Shown: one piece after another, positions 8,639 to 18,073 of the stretch
How the letters are laid out: every line of letters starts with the position of its first letter
Numbering within the stretch: the stretch's first letter is position 1
Virus genome (UHGV): UHGV-0120812
Reading direction: 5' to 3' (one strand)
Length of the DNA stretch: 39,670 nt
Source of the DNA: a virus
Translations under genes and position numbers: made by a program
Notes under the pieces: model-generated
Database searches by the model: none
The model's input: only the letters and a program-made list of their open reading frames with translations
Told to the model about the DNA's origin: nothing

Positions 8639-9470
8639 TAGCTTTTTCCTCTTTTTGTAGATACGTTGTACAATCAATAACCCTCGGCTTTCCAAATGTT
8701 GGAATGTCACCATTATGAATTTTGTCACAGAAAAGATTATAGAGTATTTCTGTTATACCTTTAGGATGCTCAACACACTTGAAAAGTTCCTTGGCTTCTT
8801 TTCTGTCGATAACAAATCCATGTGAAGGATATGAGGCTATTAGTTTGCCTAACGCCCCTTCTTTTAGGCTGCTTGGTTTGTCTGCTAATCGTTGGCCATA
8901 AGTGATAGCTATACTCATTGCGCGCTGATGTTCACCAAGCTTTATTGGATCTATCTGTGCGGCCATAGGTGCTATCAACGCTTCTGTAAGTCTGGTCGCG
9001 ATATCAGCAGACATTTTGGTACTTATCTGATTTTCGTATCTTATCTTAACAAGGTGTGAGTTAAACGCTGAAATAGAGCGTTCCTTTAGAGCATCAAGAG
9101 CTGTCATGATAGCTAAACCAGAACTCATCTCACCTATTTCATCGTTTTTTTTCAGTTGGATATCTAATGGCCCAAGCTCCCCCATGTCACCAATAACAAG
9201 TTTATTGGCTGCTATAGCTATTAGTGTACCAGCACTTTTGCATGGTCCAACAACTAAAAGTGTTACCGTTTCATAATGGTGCTGTAGAGCTCTACCTATA
9301 CGATAACCTGCATTTGGATCACCGCCATAAGTAGCAACACAGAAGATAACATTCTCTTTTAATCCATGTTGTGACTTACGTTTCTTGATTTCATTGGTGA
9401 GATCAAGATAACCATCACGATGAATATCGCCTGTATACACATAAACATCATGATTTTCAATAGAATTCAT
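8469..9470 (-). CDS. Clp-fold (ClpP/SppA/SDH-like) serine peptidase-like protein in the rexAB position; 3' end uncertain
   Basis: 333 aa ORF co-oriented with cI, 115 nt downstream of it; motifs VIFCVATYGGDPNAGYRIGRAL and VVGPCKSAGTLIAIAANKLVIGDMGELGPLD resemble the Clp-protease fold; last ~55 residues are low-complexity. Confidence 0.65.
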   Translation of the reverse strand: MNSIENHDVYVYTGDIHRDGYLDLTNEIKKRKSQHGLKENVIFCVATYGGDPNAGYRIGRALQHHYETVTLLVVGPCKSAGTLIAIAANKLVIGDMGELGPLDIQLKKNDEIGEMSSGLAIMTALDALKERSISAFNSHLVKIRYENQISTKMSADIATRLTEALIAPMAAQIDPIKLGEHQRAMSIAITYGQRLADKPSSLKEGALGKLIASYPSHGFVIDRKEAKELFKCVEHPKGITEILYNLFCDKIHNGDIPTFGKPRVIDCTTYLQKEEKANAEESATGDGNSQQDVGKPDPRRSRSGKKSGTTPERDQEGIGAVSIQPPDEQQPNA

Positions 9471-9585
9471 TCGTTAAACTCCCTGCTGTGGTTACGATGA
9501 ATGTATTCATGTTGAAGCTAAGCCATAGCGGCTTGTCATCATCACCAATCTGGCGGAATTGACTGTTCATAAATCACAATTGGAA

Positions 9586-10302
<717 letters not shown>

Positions 10303-10309
10303 TTAAATC

Positions 10310-10380
10310 TATCACCGCAAGGGATAAATATCTAACACCGTGCGTGTTGACTATTTTACCTCTAGCGGTGATAATAGTTG
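10310..10380. promoter_or_regulatory. oR3-oR2-oR1 operators with divergent pRM and pR
   Basis: TATCACCGCAAGGGATA (oR3), TAACACCGTGCGTGTTG (oR2), TACCTCTAGCGGTGATA (oR1); -35 TTGACT and -10 GATAAT of pR. Confidence 0.85.
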
Positions 10381-10390
10381 CATGTACTAA

Positions 10391-10600
<210 letters not shown>

Positions 10601-10606
10601 ATAACC

Positions 10607-10639
10607 CCGCTCTTACACATCCAAGCCCTGAAAAAGGGC
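10607..10639 (+). promoter_or_regulatory. nutR (boxA plus boxB hairpin)
   Basis: CGCTCTTACACATCCA followed by GCCCTGAAAAAGGGC downstream of cro. Confidence 0.8.
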
Positions 10640-10718
10640 ATCAAATTAAACCACACCTATGGTGTATGCATTTATTTGCATACATTCAATCAATTGTTAT
10701 CTAAGGAAATACTTACAT

Positions 10719-11012
10719 ATGGTTCGTGCAAACAAACGCAACGAGGCTCTACGAATCGAGAGTGCGTTGCTTAACAAAATCGCAATGCTTGGAACTGAGA
10801 AGACAGCGGAAGCTGTGGGAGTTGATAAGTCGCAGATAAGCAGGTGGAAGAGAGACTGGATTCCAAAGTTCTCAATGCTGCTTGCTGTTCTTGAATGGGG
10901 GGTCGTTGACGACGACATGGCTCGATTGGCGCGACAAGTTGCTTCGATTCTCACCAATAAAAAACGCCCGGCGGCAACCGAGCGTTCTGATCAAATACAA
11001 ATGGAATTTTAA
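10719..11012 (+). CDS. cII: CII transcriptional activator
   Basis: 97 aa MVRANKRNEALRIESALLNKIAMLGTEKTAEAVGVDKSQISRWKRDW..., matching lambda CII; start at internal ATG of the ORF-track ORF. Confidence 0.93.
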   Translation: MVRANKRNEALRIESALLNKIAMLGTEKTAEAVGVDKSQISRWKRDWIPKFSMLLAVLEWGVVDDDMARLARQVASILTNKKRPAATERSDQIQMEF

Positions 11013-11034
11013 CAACATCCAACGAGGTAATTAT

Positions 11035-11307
11035 ATGCGAAACAAAGGCTTTAATCCACCTGATACACACAAAGAAGCTAAGCGTTTGCGCTTCCTTCGT
11101 TCCATTGATGAAAGAACTCAAATCTCTTTTGTGAAAGTTGCCAGAACTGAGCTTCTGAAGGCTGAGGCGAGGGCGTTGCTCTCGTCTCTACCAAAAGAGG
11201 AGGGATATACGTTCATTCCAAACGCATTTCTGGAAAAACTTCTCAAAGAAGACATATCCGTAAGTCAGTTTAACGATGTTCTTAAGGTCTTTCGTCAAGG
11301 CAGGTAG
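11035..11307 (+). CDS. Hypothetical protein between cII and the replication initiator
   Basis: 90 aa from ATG with GAGGT RBS: MRNKGFNPPDTHKEAKRLRFLRSIDERTQ... Confidence 0.55.
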   Translation: MRNKGFNPPDTHKEAKRLRFLRSIDERTQISFVKVARTELLKAEARALLSSLPKEEGYTFIPNAFLEKLLKEDISVSQFNDVLKVFRQGR

Positions 11308-11309
11308 TT

Positions 11310-12257
11310 ATGAGCAATACAGCAAAAATCTACGATTTCAGCGCCGCACACGAGCGCAGGAGCAACAGGATGGAGAACCAGAAAACTGGTTACATTCCGT
11401 TGTACCGGAGCATTCTGAAACAGTCATGGGCGAAAGATGTTTATCTTCGCACCCTGTGGGAAAACCTTCTCCTGAATGCCGCCAGAAAGCCATACAAAGC
11501 GAATTTCAAAGGTCATGAATGGCATCTGCAACCCGGTCAACTGGTTGTGACAGCAGCTGATTTAGGTCTTCAGTTATGCGACAGACATGGCAAGCCAGCA
11601 AGCCGTGATCAGGTTGAGCGGATGCTTCAGGTTTTTGTGAAAGAGGGGATGATCTCCATTGATGGAGAGAAGCAAAAAGGTCGTGTGATAACCATCACAA
11701 ATTACCATGAATATGCTCAAAAAATGGACGATTTACCCGCACATGAAGCCGCACAAACAACCGCACATGATGCCGCACATGATGAAGCCAGCAATGGCGC
11801 GGCTTTCAGCGTACATGCCGCACATGAAAGCGCACATGAAGCCGCACAAACAACCGCACATCATGAACAAGAAGGTATTAACAAGAATATAAATAATACC
11901 CCCCTACCCCCCAATGGGGGAGGCGATGGGCAGGTTAAACCTGAACGTCGCAAGGCAGAACGAATCGACTACGAATCCTTCCTGAACGCCTACAACACCG
12001 AAGTCGGTGACAGACTGCCACACGCTGTTGCGGTCAACGAGAAACGCAAACGCCGCCTGAAGAAAATCATCCCGCAACTGAAAACGCCAAACGTGGACGG
12101 TTTCAGGGCGTATGTCAGGGCGTTTGTGCATCAGGCCAAGCCGTTTTACTTCGGAGACAACGACACGGGCTGGACGGCAGATTTTGATTACCTGCTGAGG
12201 GAAGATTCGTTAACGGGAGTTCGGGAAGGGAAGTTTGCAGACAGGGGGATTGCATGA
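11310..12257 (+). CDS. Replication initiator (O-like / P22 gene 18-like)
   Basis: 315 aa at the O position, followed by the helicase gene; central repetitive [10 protein letters not shown] segments encoded by iteron-like DNA repeats. Confidence 0.75.
   Translation: MSNTAKIYDFSAAHERRSNRMENQKTGYIPLYRSILKQSWAKDVYLRTLWENLLLNAARKPYKANFKGHEWHLQPGQLVVTAADLGLQLCDRHGKPASRDQVERMLQVFVKEGMISIDGEKQKGRVITITNYHEYAQKMDDLPAHEAAQTTAHDAAHDEASNGAAFSVHAAHESAHEAAQTTAHHEQEGINKNINNTPLPPNGGGDGQVKPERRKAERIDYESFLNAYNTEVGDRLPHAVAVNEKRKRRLKKIIPQLKTPNVDGFRAYVRAFVHQAKPFYFGDNDTGWTADFDYLLREDSLTGVREGKFADRGIA
11737..11865. repeat. Iteron-like direct repeats inside the initiator gene (candidate replication origin)
   Basis: At least five copies of CGCACATGA(A/T) within about 130 bp, plus GCCGCACAAACAACCGCACAT twice. 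Confidence 0.6.
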
Positions 12258-13630
12258 GACAGGATATCGAAGCTAGCGTTATCGGTGGCCTGCTGATTGG
12301 TGGATTAACTCCAACCGCCAGTGACGTTCTGGCAACGCTGGAGCCGGAAGCGTTTTCAATTCCGCTCTACCGGAAAGCCTTCGAGGTTATTCGCAAGCAG
12401 GCGAGAAACAGAAACCTAATCGATGCGCTGATGGTTGCCGAGGCGTGCGGAGAGGAGCATTTCACGTCAATCCTGATGACCAGCAAAAACTGCCCGAGTG
12501 CCGCAAACCTGAAGGGATATGCCGGAATGGTCGCGGATAACTATCACCGCCGTCTGGTGCTGGAAATCATGGATGAAATGCGTGAACCAATTCAGAGCGG
12601 AACCATCGACGCATCGAGTCAGGCGATGGACGAGCTTGTAAAGCGTCTTTCAGCCATCAGAAAGCCCCGTGACGAGGTTAAACCTGTACGGTTAGGGGAA
12701 ATCATTACTGACTACACTGACACGCTTGACAGGCGTCTGAGGAACGGAGAAGAGTCCGATACCCTGAAGACCGGAATCGAAGAACTTGATGCCATCACCG
12801 GAGGGATGAACGCAGAAGACCTGGTGATTATCGCCGCTCGTCCTGGTATGGGGAAAACCGAACTGGCTCTGAAGATTGCCGAAGGCGTGGCAAGCCGCGT
12901 TATTCCTGGTTCTGACGTCCGGCGCGGGGTATTGATTTTCTCGATGGAAATGAGCGCATTGCAGATTGCAGAGCGAAGCATTGCCAACGCCGGGAGGATG
13001 TCGGTTAGCGTACTGCGAAATCCTGCATCGATGGATGACGAAGGCTGGGCGCGTGTTGCTAACGGCATGAGTCAGCTTGCAGATTTGGATGTATGGGTAG
13101 TCGATGCCTCGCGGTTATCGGTCGAAGAAATACGCTCAATCGCAGAACGGCACAAACAGGAAAATCCAAACCTGTCACTCATCATGGCGGATTATCTTGG
13201 CCTGATTGAGAAGCCGAAAGCAGATCGCAACGACCTCGCAATTGCTCACATCTCAGGAAGCCTGAAGGCGATGGCGAAAGACCTGAAAACACCGGTTATC
13301 TCCCTGAGTCAGCTTTCACGCGATGTTGAGAAGCGACCAAACAAACGCCCGACAAACGCAGATTTGCGTGATTCAGGAAGCATTGAACAGGACGCAGACT
13401 CAATCATCATGCTCTATCGGGAAGCGGTATATGACGAGAACAGTAGCGCCGCGCCATTTGCTGAAATCATCGTGACGAAAAACCGTTTTGGCTCGCTTGG
13501 TACGGTTTACCAGCGGTTCTGCAACGGACACTTTGTTGCATGTGACCAGGATGAAGCCAGACAGATTTGCACAACATCAAATGCACCCGCTGCACGTGGC
13601 AGACGATATGCACAAGGGGCTGACGTATGA
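12254..13630 (+). CDS. DnaB-family replicative helicase (P22 gene 12-like)
   Basis: 458 aa; Walker [18 protein letters not shown] and DnaB-like C-terminal domain; start overlaps the initiator stop. Confidence 0.88.
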   Translation: MRQDIEASVIGGLLIGGLTPTASDVLATLEPEAFSIPLYRKAFEVIRKQARNRNLIDALMVAEACGEEHFTSILMTSKNCPSAANLKGYAGMVADNYHRRLVLEIMDEMREPIQSGTIDASSQAMDELVKRLSAIRKPRDEVKPVRLGEIITDYTDTLDRRLRNGEESDTLKTGIEELDAITGGMNAEDLVIIAARPGMGKTELALKIAEGVASRVIPGSDVRRGVLIFSMEMSALQIAERSIANAGRMSVSVLRNPASMDDEGWARVANGMSQLADLDVWVVDASRLSVEEIRSIAERHKQENPNLSLIMADYLGLIEKPKADRNDLAIAHISGSLKAMAKDLKTPVISLSQLSRDVEKRPNKRPTNADLRDSGSIEQDADSIIMLYREAVYDENSSAAPFAEIIVTKNRFGSLGTVYQRFCNGHFVACDQDEARQICTTSNAPAARGRRYAQGADV

Positions 13631-13655
13631 CCATCTACATCACTGAGCTAATAAC

Positions 13656-13687
13656 AGGCCTGCTGGTAATCGCAGGCCTTTTTATTT
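13656..13687 (+). terminator. Rho-independent terminator downstream of the helicase gene (tR2-like position)
   Basis: AGGCCTGCTGGTAATCGCAGGCCT hairpin followed by TTTTATTT. Confidence 0.65.
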
Positions 13688-13702
13688 GGGGGATGGTAAA
13701 TC

Positions 13703-13909
13703 GTGGTTGAGTTGATTTTTTCTGCATTGAGGATTCTCGGTGCTATGTGGATGGTGGCGACGTTCATTGTGGTTGCCAGCAGTTTTGTCCGGCTGGTAGG
13801 CGAAGGTAAAGACCTGGTTGGTGTGCTTTTCGGTAGCATTTTCCTGTGGGTGATTATCGGTGTTGCGCCTGTCGCTGTAGCAAAAATGGCGTGGCGTTTT
13901 GTGAGTTGA
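13703..13909 (+). CDS. Hypothetical small membrane protein (two predicted TM helices)
   Basis: 68 aa GTG-start ORF, highly hydrophobic (MWMVATFIVVASSF...; FLWVIIGVAPVAVA). Confidence 0.4.
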   Translation: MVELIFSALRILGAMWMVATFIVVASSFVRLVGEGKDLVGVLFGSIFLWVIIGVAPVAVAKMAWRFVS

Positions 13910-13916
13910 GGTGACA

Positions 13917-14363
13917 ATGAAGCAAATATACATGCTTCGCAACGAAGCAATCAGAAACAACGCCATAGACGCAATACTCTCACTTCCGATCGACGACAAG
14001 TCACCTCACGAAGTCCACATTAAAGAACCAAAGCGGAGCAATCCTCAAAACCGCCTTATGTGGGCGTTATTGCAGGACGTATCACGTCAGGTGCTTTGGC
14101 ATGGACAGAGACTTGCGCCGGAGGACTGGAAAGACCTGTTCACTGCCCTGTGGCTTAAGACCAAAAAACTGGAGCAACGAAGTGTGCCTGGTATCGATGG
14201 TGGCGTTGTCATGCTTGGCGTGCGTACCAGCAAAATGCGAAAGGCCAGCATGACTGAGCTTATCGAAATCATGTTTTGGTTCGGCTCAGAGCGCAACGTG
14301 CGGTGGAGTGATGACTCCCGGCGAGAGTATGAATGGTCACAACGAAAAGGTAGGGCTGCATGA
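13917..14363 (+). CDS. ninB: NinB (Orf-family recombination mediator)
   Basis: 148 aa; NPQNRLMWALLQDVSRQVLWHGQRL and C-terminal WSDDSRREYEW align with lambda NinB; GAGGTG RBS 5 nt upstream of ATG. Confidence 0.82.
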   Translation: MKQIYMLRNEAIRNNAIDAILSLPIDDKSPHEVHIKEPKRSNPQNRLMWALLQDVSRQVLWHGQRLAPEDWKDLFTALWLKTKKLEQRSVPGIDGGVVMLGVRTSKMRKASMTELIEIMFWFGSERNVRWSDDSRREYEWSQRKGRAA

Positions 14364-14887
14364 CTATCAAATCAAATACGCCAGCACACGACAAGGACTG
14401 CTGGCAAACGCCGCTTTGGCTTTTTGATGCACTGGATATTGAGTTTGGATTCTGGCTGGATTCGGCAGCGAGCGACAAAAATGCTCTGTGTGCTCACTGG
14501 CTAACTGAGGCCGACGACGCGCTCAATTCTGAGTGGGTAAGCCACGGTGCAATCTGGAATAACCCACCGTACAGCAATATCAGGCCGTGGGTGGAAAAAG
14601 CCGCTGAGCAGTGCATACAACAGCGACAGACGGTAGTTATGCTTGTGCCAGAGGATATGTCAGTCGGATGGTTCAGCAAGGCTCTGGAGAGCGTTGACGA
14701 AGTTCGCATCATCACTGATGGACGGATTAATTTTATCGAACCATCGACGGGGCTGGAGAAGAAGGGAAACAGCAAAGGTTCCATGCTGCTGATTTGGCGA
14801 CCGTTCATCAGTCCTCGACGGATGTTTACTACCGTATCCAAATCGGCATTGATGGCGATCGGACAGGGCGCCAGGAGGGCGGCATGA
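14360..14887 (+). CDS. DNA N6-adenine methyltransferase (phage Dam-type, orphan)
   Basis: 175 aa with NPPYS motif (motif IV of N6-adenine MTases); no adjacent restriction endonuclease gene. Confidence 0.78.
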   Translation: MTIKSNTPAHDKDCWQTPLWLFDALDIEFGFWLDSAASDKNALCAHWLTEADDALNSEWVSHGAIWNNPPYSNIRPWVEKAAEQCIQQRQTVVMLVPEDMSVGWFSKALESVDEVRIITDGRINFIEPSTGLEKKGNSKGSMLLIWRPFISPRRMFTTVSKSALMAIGQGARRAA

Positions 14888-15066
14888 GACGACAGCGACG
14901 AAGTATCACCGACATAATCTGCGAAAACTGCAAATACCTTCCAACGAAACGCTCCAGAAATAAACGCAAGCCAATCCCAAAAGAATCTGACGTAAAAACC
15001 TTCAACTACACGGCTCACCTGTGGGATATCCGGTGGCTTAGAGAACGTGCGAGGAAAACAAGGTGA
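14884..15066 (+). CDS. ninE: NinE
   Basis: 60 aa [60 protein letters not shown], near-identical to lambda NinE as recalled. Confidence 0.85.
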   Translation: MRRQRRSITDIICENCKYLPTKRSRNKRKPIPKESDVKTFNYTAHLWDIRWLRERARKTR

Positions 15067-15233
15067 TTGACCCAAATCGAAGTTACGAACAAGAAAGCGT
15101 CGAGCGGGCTTTAACGTGCGCTAACTGCGGTCAGAAGCTGCATATGCTGGAAGTTCACGTGTGCTCCGATTGCTGCGCAGAGCTGATGAGCGATCCGAAT
15201 AGCTCAATGTACGAGGAAGAAGACGATGAATGA
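15063..15233 (+). CDS. ninF: NinF
   Basis: 56 aa GTG-start hand translation [56 protein letters not shown], resembling lambda NinF; below the ORF-track cutoff. Confidence 0.7.
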   Translation: MIDPNRSYEQESVERALTCANCGQKLHMLEVHVCSDCCAELMSDPNSSMYEEEDDE

Positions 15234-15951
15234 GTTAATAAATGGCAACGCCATCAAAATGACAAGCATTGAAATCGCTGAGTTGGTAGAAAGCCGCCAT
15301 AGCAATGTAAAAGTATCCATAGATAGATTGGTGAAACGTGGCGTTATCAAGCCTCCTGCATTGCAGCACACTAACATAATCAATGATTTAGGTGTTATTA
15401 CCGGGAAGCGTTATTTCTACGTCTTCGAGGGCGAACAAGGAAAGCGAGACAGCATTATTGTCGTCGCCCAATTGTCGCCAGAGTTCACCGCTCGCCTTGT
15501 TGACCGTTGGCGAGAGCTTGAAGAAGCTGCGGTTAATATCCCAAAAACGCTACCGGAAGCGTTGCGCCTTGCTGCTGATCTTGCTGAGCAGAAAATGCAG
15601 CTGGAAAACCAGCTCGCAATTACCGCACCTAAAGTTGAGTTTGCCGATCGCGTTGGCGAGGCCAGCGGAATTTTGATTGGAAACTTTGCAAAGGTTGTTG
15701 GAATTGGTCCAAACAAACTGTTTGCGTGGATGCGAGATCACAAAATCCTTATTGCTTCAGGTTCCCGGCGAAATGTGCCAATGCAGGAATATATGGATCG
15801 CGGCTATTTCACAGTGAAAGAAACAGCGGTCAACACAAATCACGGAATACAGATATCGTTCACCACAAAAATCACCGGGCGTGGTCAACAGTGGCTGACC
15901 AGAAAGCTGCTCGATAACGGAATGCTGAAAGTAACAGGTGAGGCTGCTTAA
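15226..15951 (+). CDS. Rha-family regulatory protein with KilA-C/ANT antirepressor-like C-terminal domain
   Basis: 241 aa; N-terminal region typical of phage Rha proteins, C-terminal region resembling the antirepressor KilAC domain (from memory). Confidence 0.65.
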   Translation: MNELINGNAIKMTSIEIAELVESRHSNVKVSIDRLVKRGVIKPPALQHTNIINDLGVITGKRYFYVFEGEQGKRDSIIVVAQLSPEFTARLVDRWRELEEAAVNIPKTLPEALRLAADLAEQKMQLENQLAITAPKVEFADRVGEASGILIGNFAKVVGIGPNKLFAWMRDHKILIASGSRRNVPMQEYMDRGYFTVKETAVNTNHGIQISFTTKITGRGQQWLTRKLLDNGMLKVTGEAA

Positions 15952-16241
15952 TGGCTAATCTACGCAAAGAAGCACGCGGCAGAGAATGCCAGGTACGTAT
16001 TTACGGCGTATGCAATGGCAACCCTGAAACTACAGTTCTGGCACATTATCGGATGGCTGGAATTTGCGGAACGGGAATGAAGCCTGACGACCTGATCGGC
16101 GCATGGGCTTGTAGCGCGTGTCACGATGAAATCGACCGACGCACCCATAATCTCGACAACAAAGACGCCAGACTTTACCACCTCGAAGGCGTGATCAGGA
16201 CGCAGGCGATACTGCTGAAGGAGGGGAAGATTAAGTCATGA
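15951..16241 (+). CDS. ybcO: YbcO-like DUF1364 zinc-binding protein
   Basis: 96 aa MANLRKEARGRECQVRIYGVCNGNPETTVLAH...CSACHDEIDRRTH; closely resembles E. coli DLP12 YbcO as recalled. Confidence 0.72.
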   Translation: MANLRKEARGRECQVRIYGVCNGNPETTVLAHYRMAGICGTGMKPDDLIGAWACSACHDEIDRRTHNLDNKDARLYHLEGVIRTQAILLKEGKIKS

Positions 16242-16600
16242 ACGAATATCAGTTTGTGCTTCCATACCCGCCGTCGGTGAACACCTACTGGCGAAGACGG
16301 GGAAGCCAATACTACATCAGCGATAAAGGCCAGAAATACCGAAAAGACGTTCAGCAAATCATCCGCCAACTCAAGTTAGACATTTTCACCAAATCACGAC
16401 TCCGCATCAAAGTCATCGCAGACGTTCCAGACTCCCGCCGCCGCGACCTCGACAACATCCTGAAAGGTTTACTCGATTCCCTTATCCACGCCGGATTTGC
16501 GGAAGACGACGAGCAATTCGATGACATTCGCGTAATTCGTGGTGTGAAAGTACCAGGCGGACGGCTTGGAATAAAAATCACCGAACTGGAGAACGCATGA
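16238..16600 (+). CDS. rusA: RusA Holliday junction resolvase
   Basis: 120 aa; LPYPPSVNTYWRRRG and DSRRRDLDNILKGLLDSL match RusA motifs, including the catalytic aspartates region. Confidence 0.88.
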   Translation: MNEYQFVLPYPPSVNTYWRRRGSQYYISDKGQKYRKDVQQIIRQLKLDIFTKSRLRIKVIADVPDSRRRDLDNILKGLLDSLIHAGFAEDDEQFDDIRVIRGVKVPGGRLGIKITELENA

Positions 16601-16785
16601 ACGCCACAATTCAAACGATACCAGAGCTTCTTATCCAGACACGAGGCAATCAGACCGAAGTGGCAAGGATGCTTTCCTGCGCAAGAGGAACAGTGCTCAA
16701 GTACAACCGAGACAGCAAAGGCGAGCGTCACGCAATAGTTAACGGCGTCCTGATGGTCAAACAGGGCAAGAGGGGAAGACGATGA
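16597..16785 (+). CDS. ninH: NinH
   Basis: 62 aa; YGNQTEVARMLSCARGTVLKY...HAIVNGVLMV resembles lambda NinH. Confidence 0.78.
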   Translation: MNATIQTIPELLIQTRGNQTEVARMLSCARGTVLKYNRDSKGERHAIVNGVLMVKQGKRGRR

Positions 16786-17405
16786 GACTCGAAAGCGTAG
16801 CTAAATTTCATTCGCCAAAAAGCCCAATGATGAGCGACTCACCACGGGCTACGGCTTCTGACTCTCTTTCCGGTACTGATGTGATGGCTGCTATGGGGAT
16901 GGCGCAATCACAAGCCGGATTCGGTATGGCTGCATTCTGCGGTAAGCACGAACTCAGCCAGAACGACAAACAAAAGGCTATCAACTATCTGATGCAATTT
17001 GCACACAAGGTATCGGGGAAATACCGTGGTGTGGCAAAGCTTGAAGGAAATACTAAGGCAAAGGTACTGCAAGTGCTCGCAACATTCGCTTATGCGGATT
17101 ATTGCCGTAGTGCCGCGACGCCGGGCGCAAGATGCAGAGATTGCCACGGTACAGGTCGTGCGGTTGATATAGCAAAAACAGAGCAGTGGGGGAGAGTTGT
17201 TGAGAAAGAGTGCGGAAGATGCAAAGGCGTCGGCTATTCCAGGATGCCAGCAAGCGCCGCATATCGCGCTGTAACGATGCTAATCCCAAACCTTACCCAA
17301 CCCACCTGGTCACGCACTGTTAAGCCGCTGTATGACGCTCTGGTGGTGCAATGCCACAAGGAAGAGTCAATCGCAGACAACATTTTGAATGCGGTCACAC
17401 GTTAG
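16782..17405 (+). CDS. Q: Late-gene antiterminator Q
   Basis: 207 aa MRLESVAKFHSPKSPMMSDSPRATASDSLSGTDVMAAMGMAQSQ..., near-identical to lambda Q as recalled. Confidence 0.95.
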   Translation: MRLESVAKFHSPKSPMMSDSPRATASDSLSGTDVMAAMGMAQSQAGFGMAAFCGKHELSQNDKQKAINYLMQFAHKVSGKYRGVAKLEGNTKAKVLQVLATFAYADYCRSAATPGARCRDCHGTGRAVDIAKTEQWGRVVEKECGRCKGVGYSRMPASAAYRAVTMLIPNLTQPTWSRTVKPLYDALVVQCHKEESIADNILNAVTR

Positions 17406-17446
17406 CAGCATGATTTCCACGGATGGCAACATATTAACGGCATGAT

Positions 17447-17476
17447 ATTGACTTTTTGAATAAACTTGGGTAAATT
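17447..17476 (+). promoter_or_regulatory. Late promoter pR' (with overlapping qut region)
   Basis: -35 TTGACT, 17-bp spacer, -10 TAAATT; same arrangement as lambda pR' downstream of Q. Confidence 0.75.
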
Positions 17477-17482
17477 TGACCC

Positions 17483-17677
17483 AACGATGGGTTAATTCGC
17501 TCGTTGTGGTAGTGAGATGAAAAGAGGCGGCGCTTACTACCGATTCCGCCTAGTTGGTCACTTCGACGTATCGTCTGGAACTCCAACCATCGCAGGCTGA
17601 GAGGTCTGTAAAATGCAATCCCGAAACAGTTCGCAGGCAATAGTTAGAGCCTGCATAACGGTTTCGGGATTTTTTAT
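17483..17677 (+). ncRNA. 6S late leader RNA ending at tR' (approximate ends)
   Basis: Sequence from pR' to hairpin AATCCCGAAAC...GTTTCGGGATTTTTTAT matches the lambda pR'-tR' segment as recalled; ends not determined. Confidence 0.5.
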
Positions 17678-18073
17678 ATCTGTGTAACAGGTAAGAGCAT
17701 TCTCCCTTATGGAGCTTGTCTTAAATGCACCGAGTGCTCTTTCCGTTGTGCTGAATTAAGCGAATGCCGGAAGCAGAACCGGATCACCAAATGCGTACAG
17801 GCGTCATCGCCGCCCAGCAACAGCACAACCCAAACTGAGCCGTAGCCACTGGCTATCCTGAATTCATCAGTGATAGTTACGCTGCGGCCTTCTACACATG
17901 ACCTTCGTGAAAGCGGGTGGCAAGAGGCTGCGCTAACAACCTCATGCCGCTTTGCCCGTGCATATCGGTCACGAACAAATCTGATTACTAAACACAGTAG
18001 CCTGGATTTGTTCTATCAGTAATCGACCTTATTCCTAATTAAATAGAGCAAATCCCCTTATTGGGGGTAAGAC

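Noticed and set aside
11707-11892. Plus-strand 61-aa ORF rich in M/H/K/P ([22 protein letters not shown]...).
   Set aside because: It is an alternative frame of the iteron-like repeats inside the initiator gene; the repetitive composition is a by-product of the DNA repeats.
14494-15075. Minus-strand 193-aa ORF antisense to the methyltransferase and ninE.
   Set aside because: Overlaps two well-supported plus-strand genes; composition unlike a real protein.
17406-18073. Possible tRNA genes or toxin cargo in the Q-to-S intergenic region (where Stx phages carry tRNAs and stx).
   Set aside because: The interval matches the lambda pR'/6S/tR' layout as recalled; no cloverleaf-capable sequence and no ORF of note.
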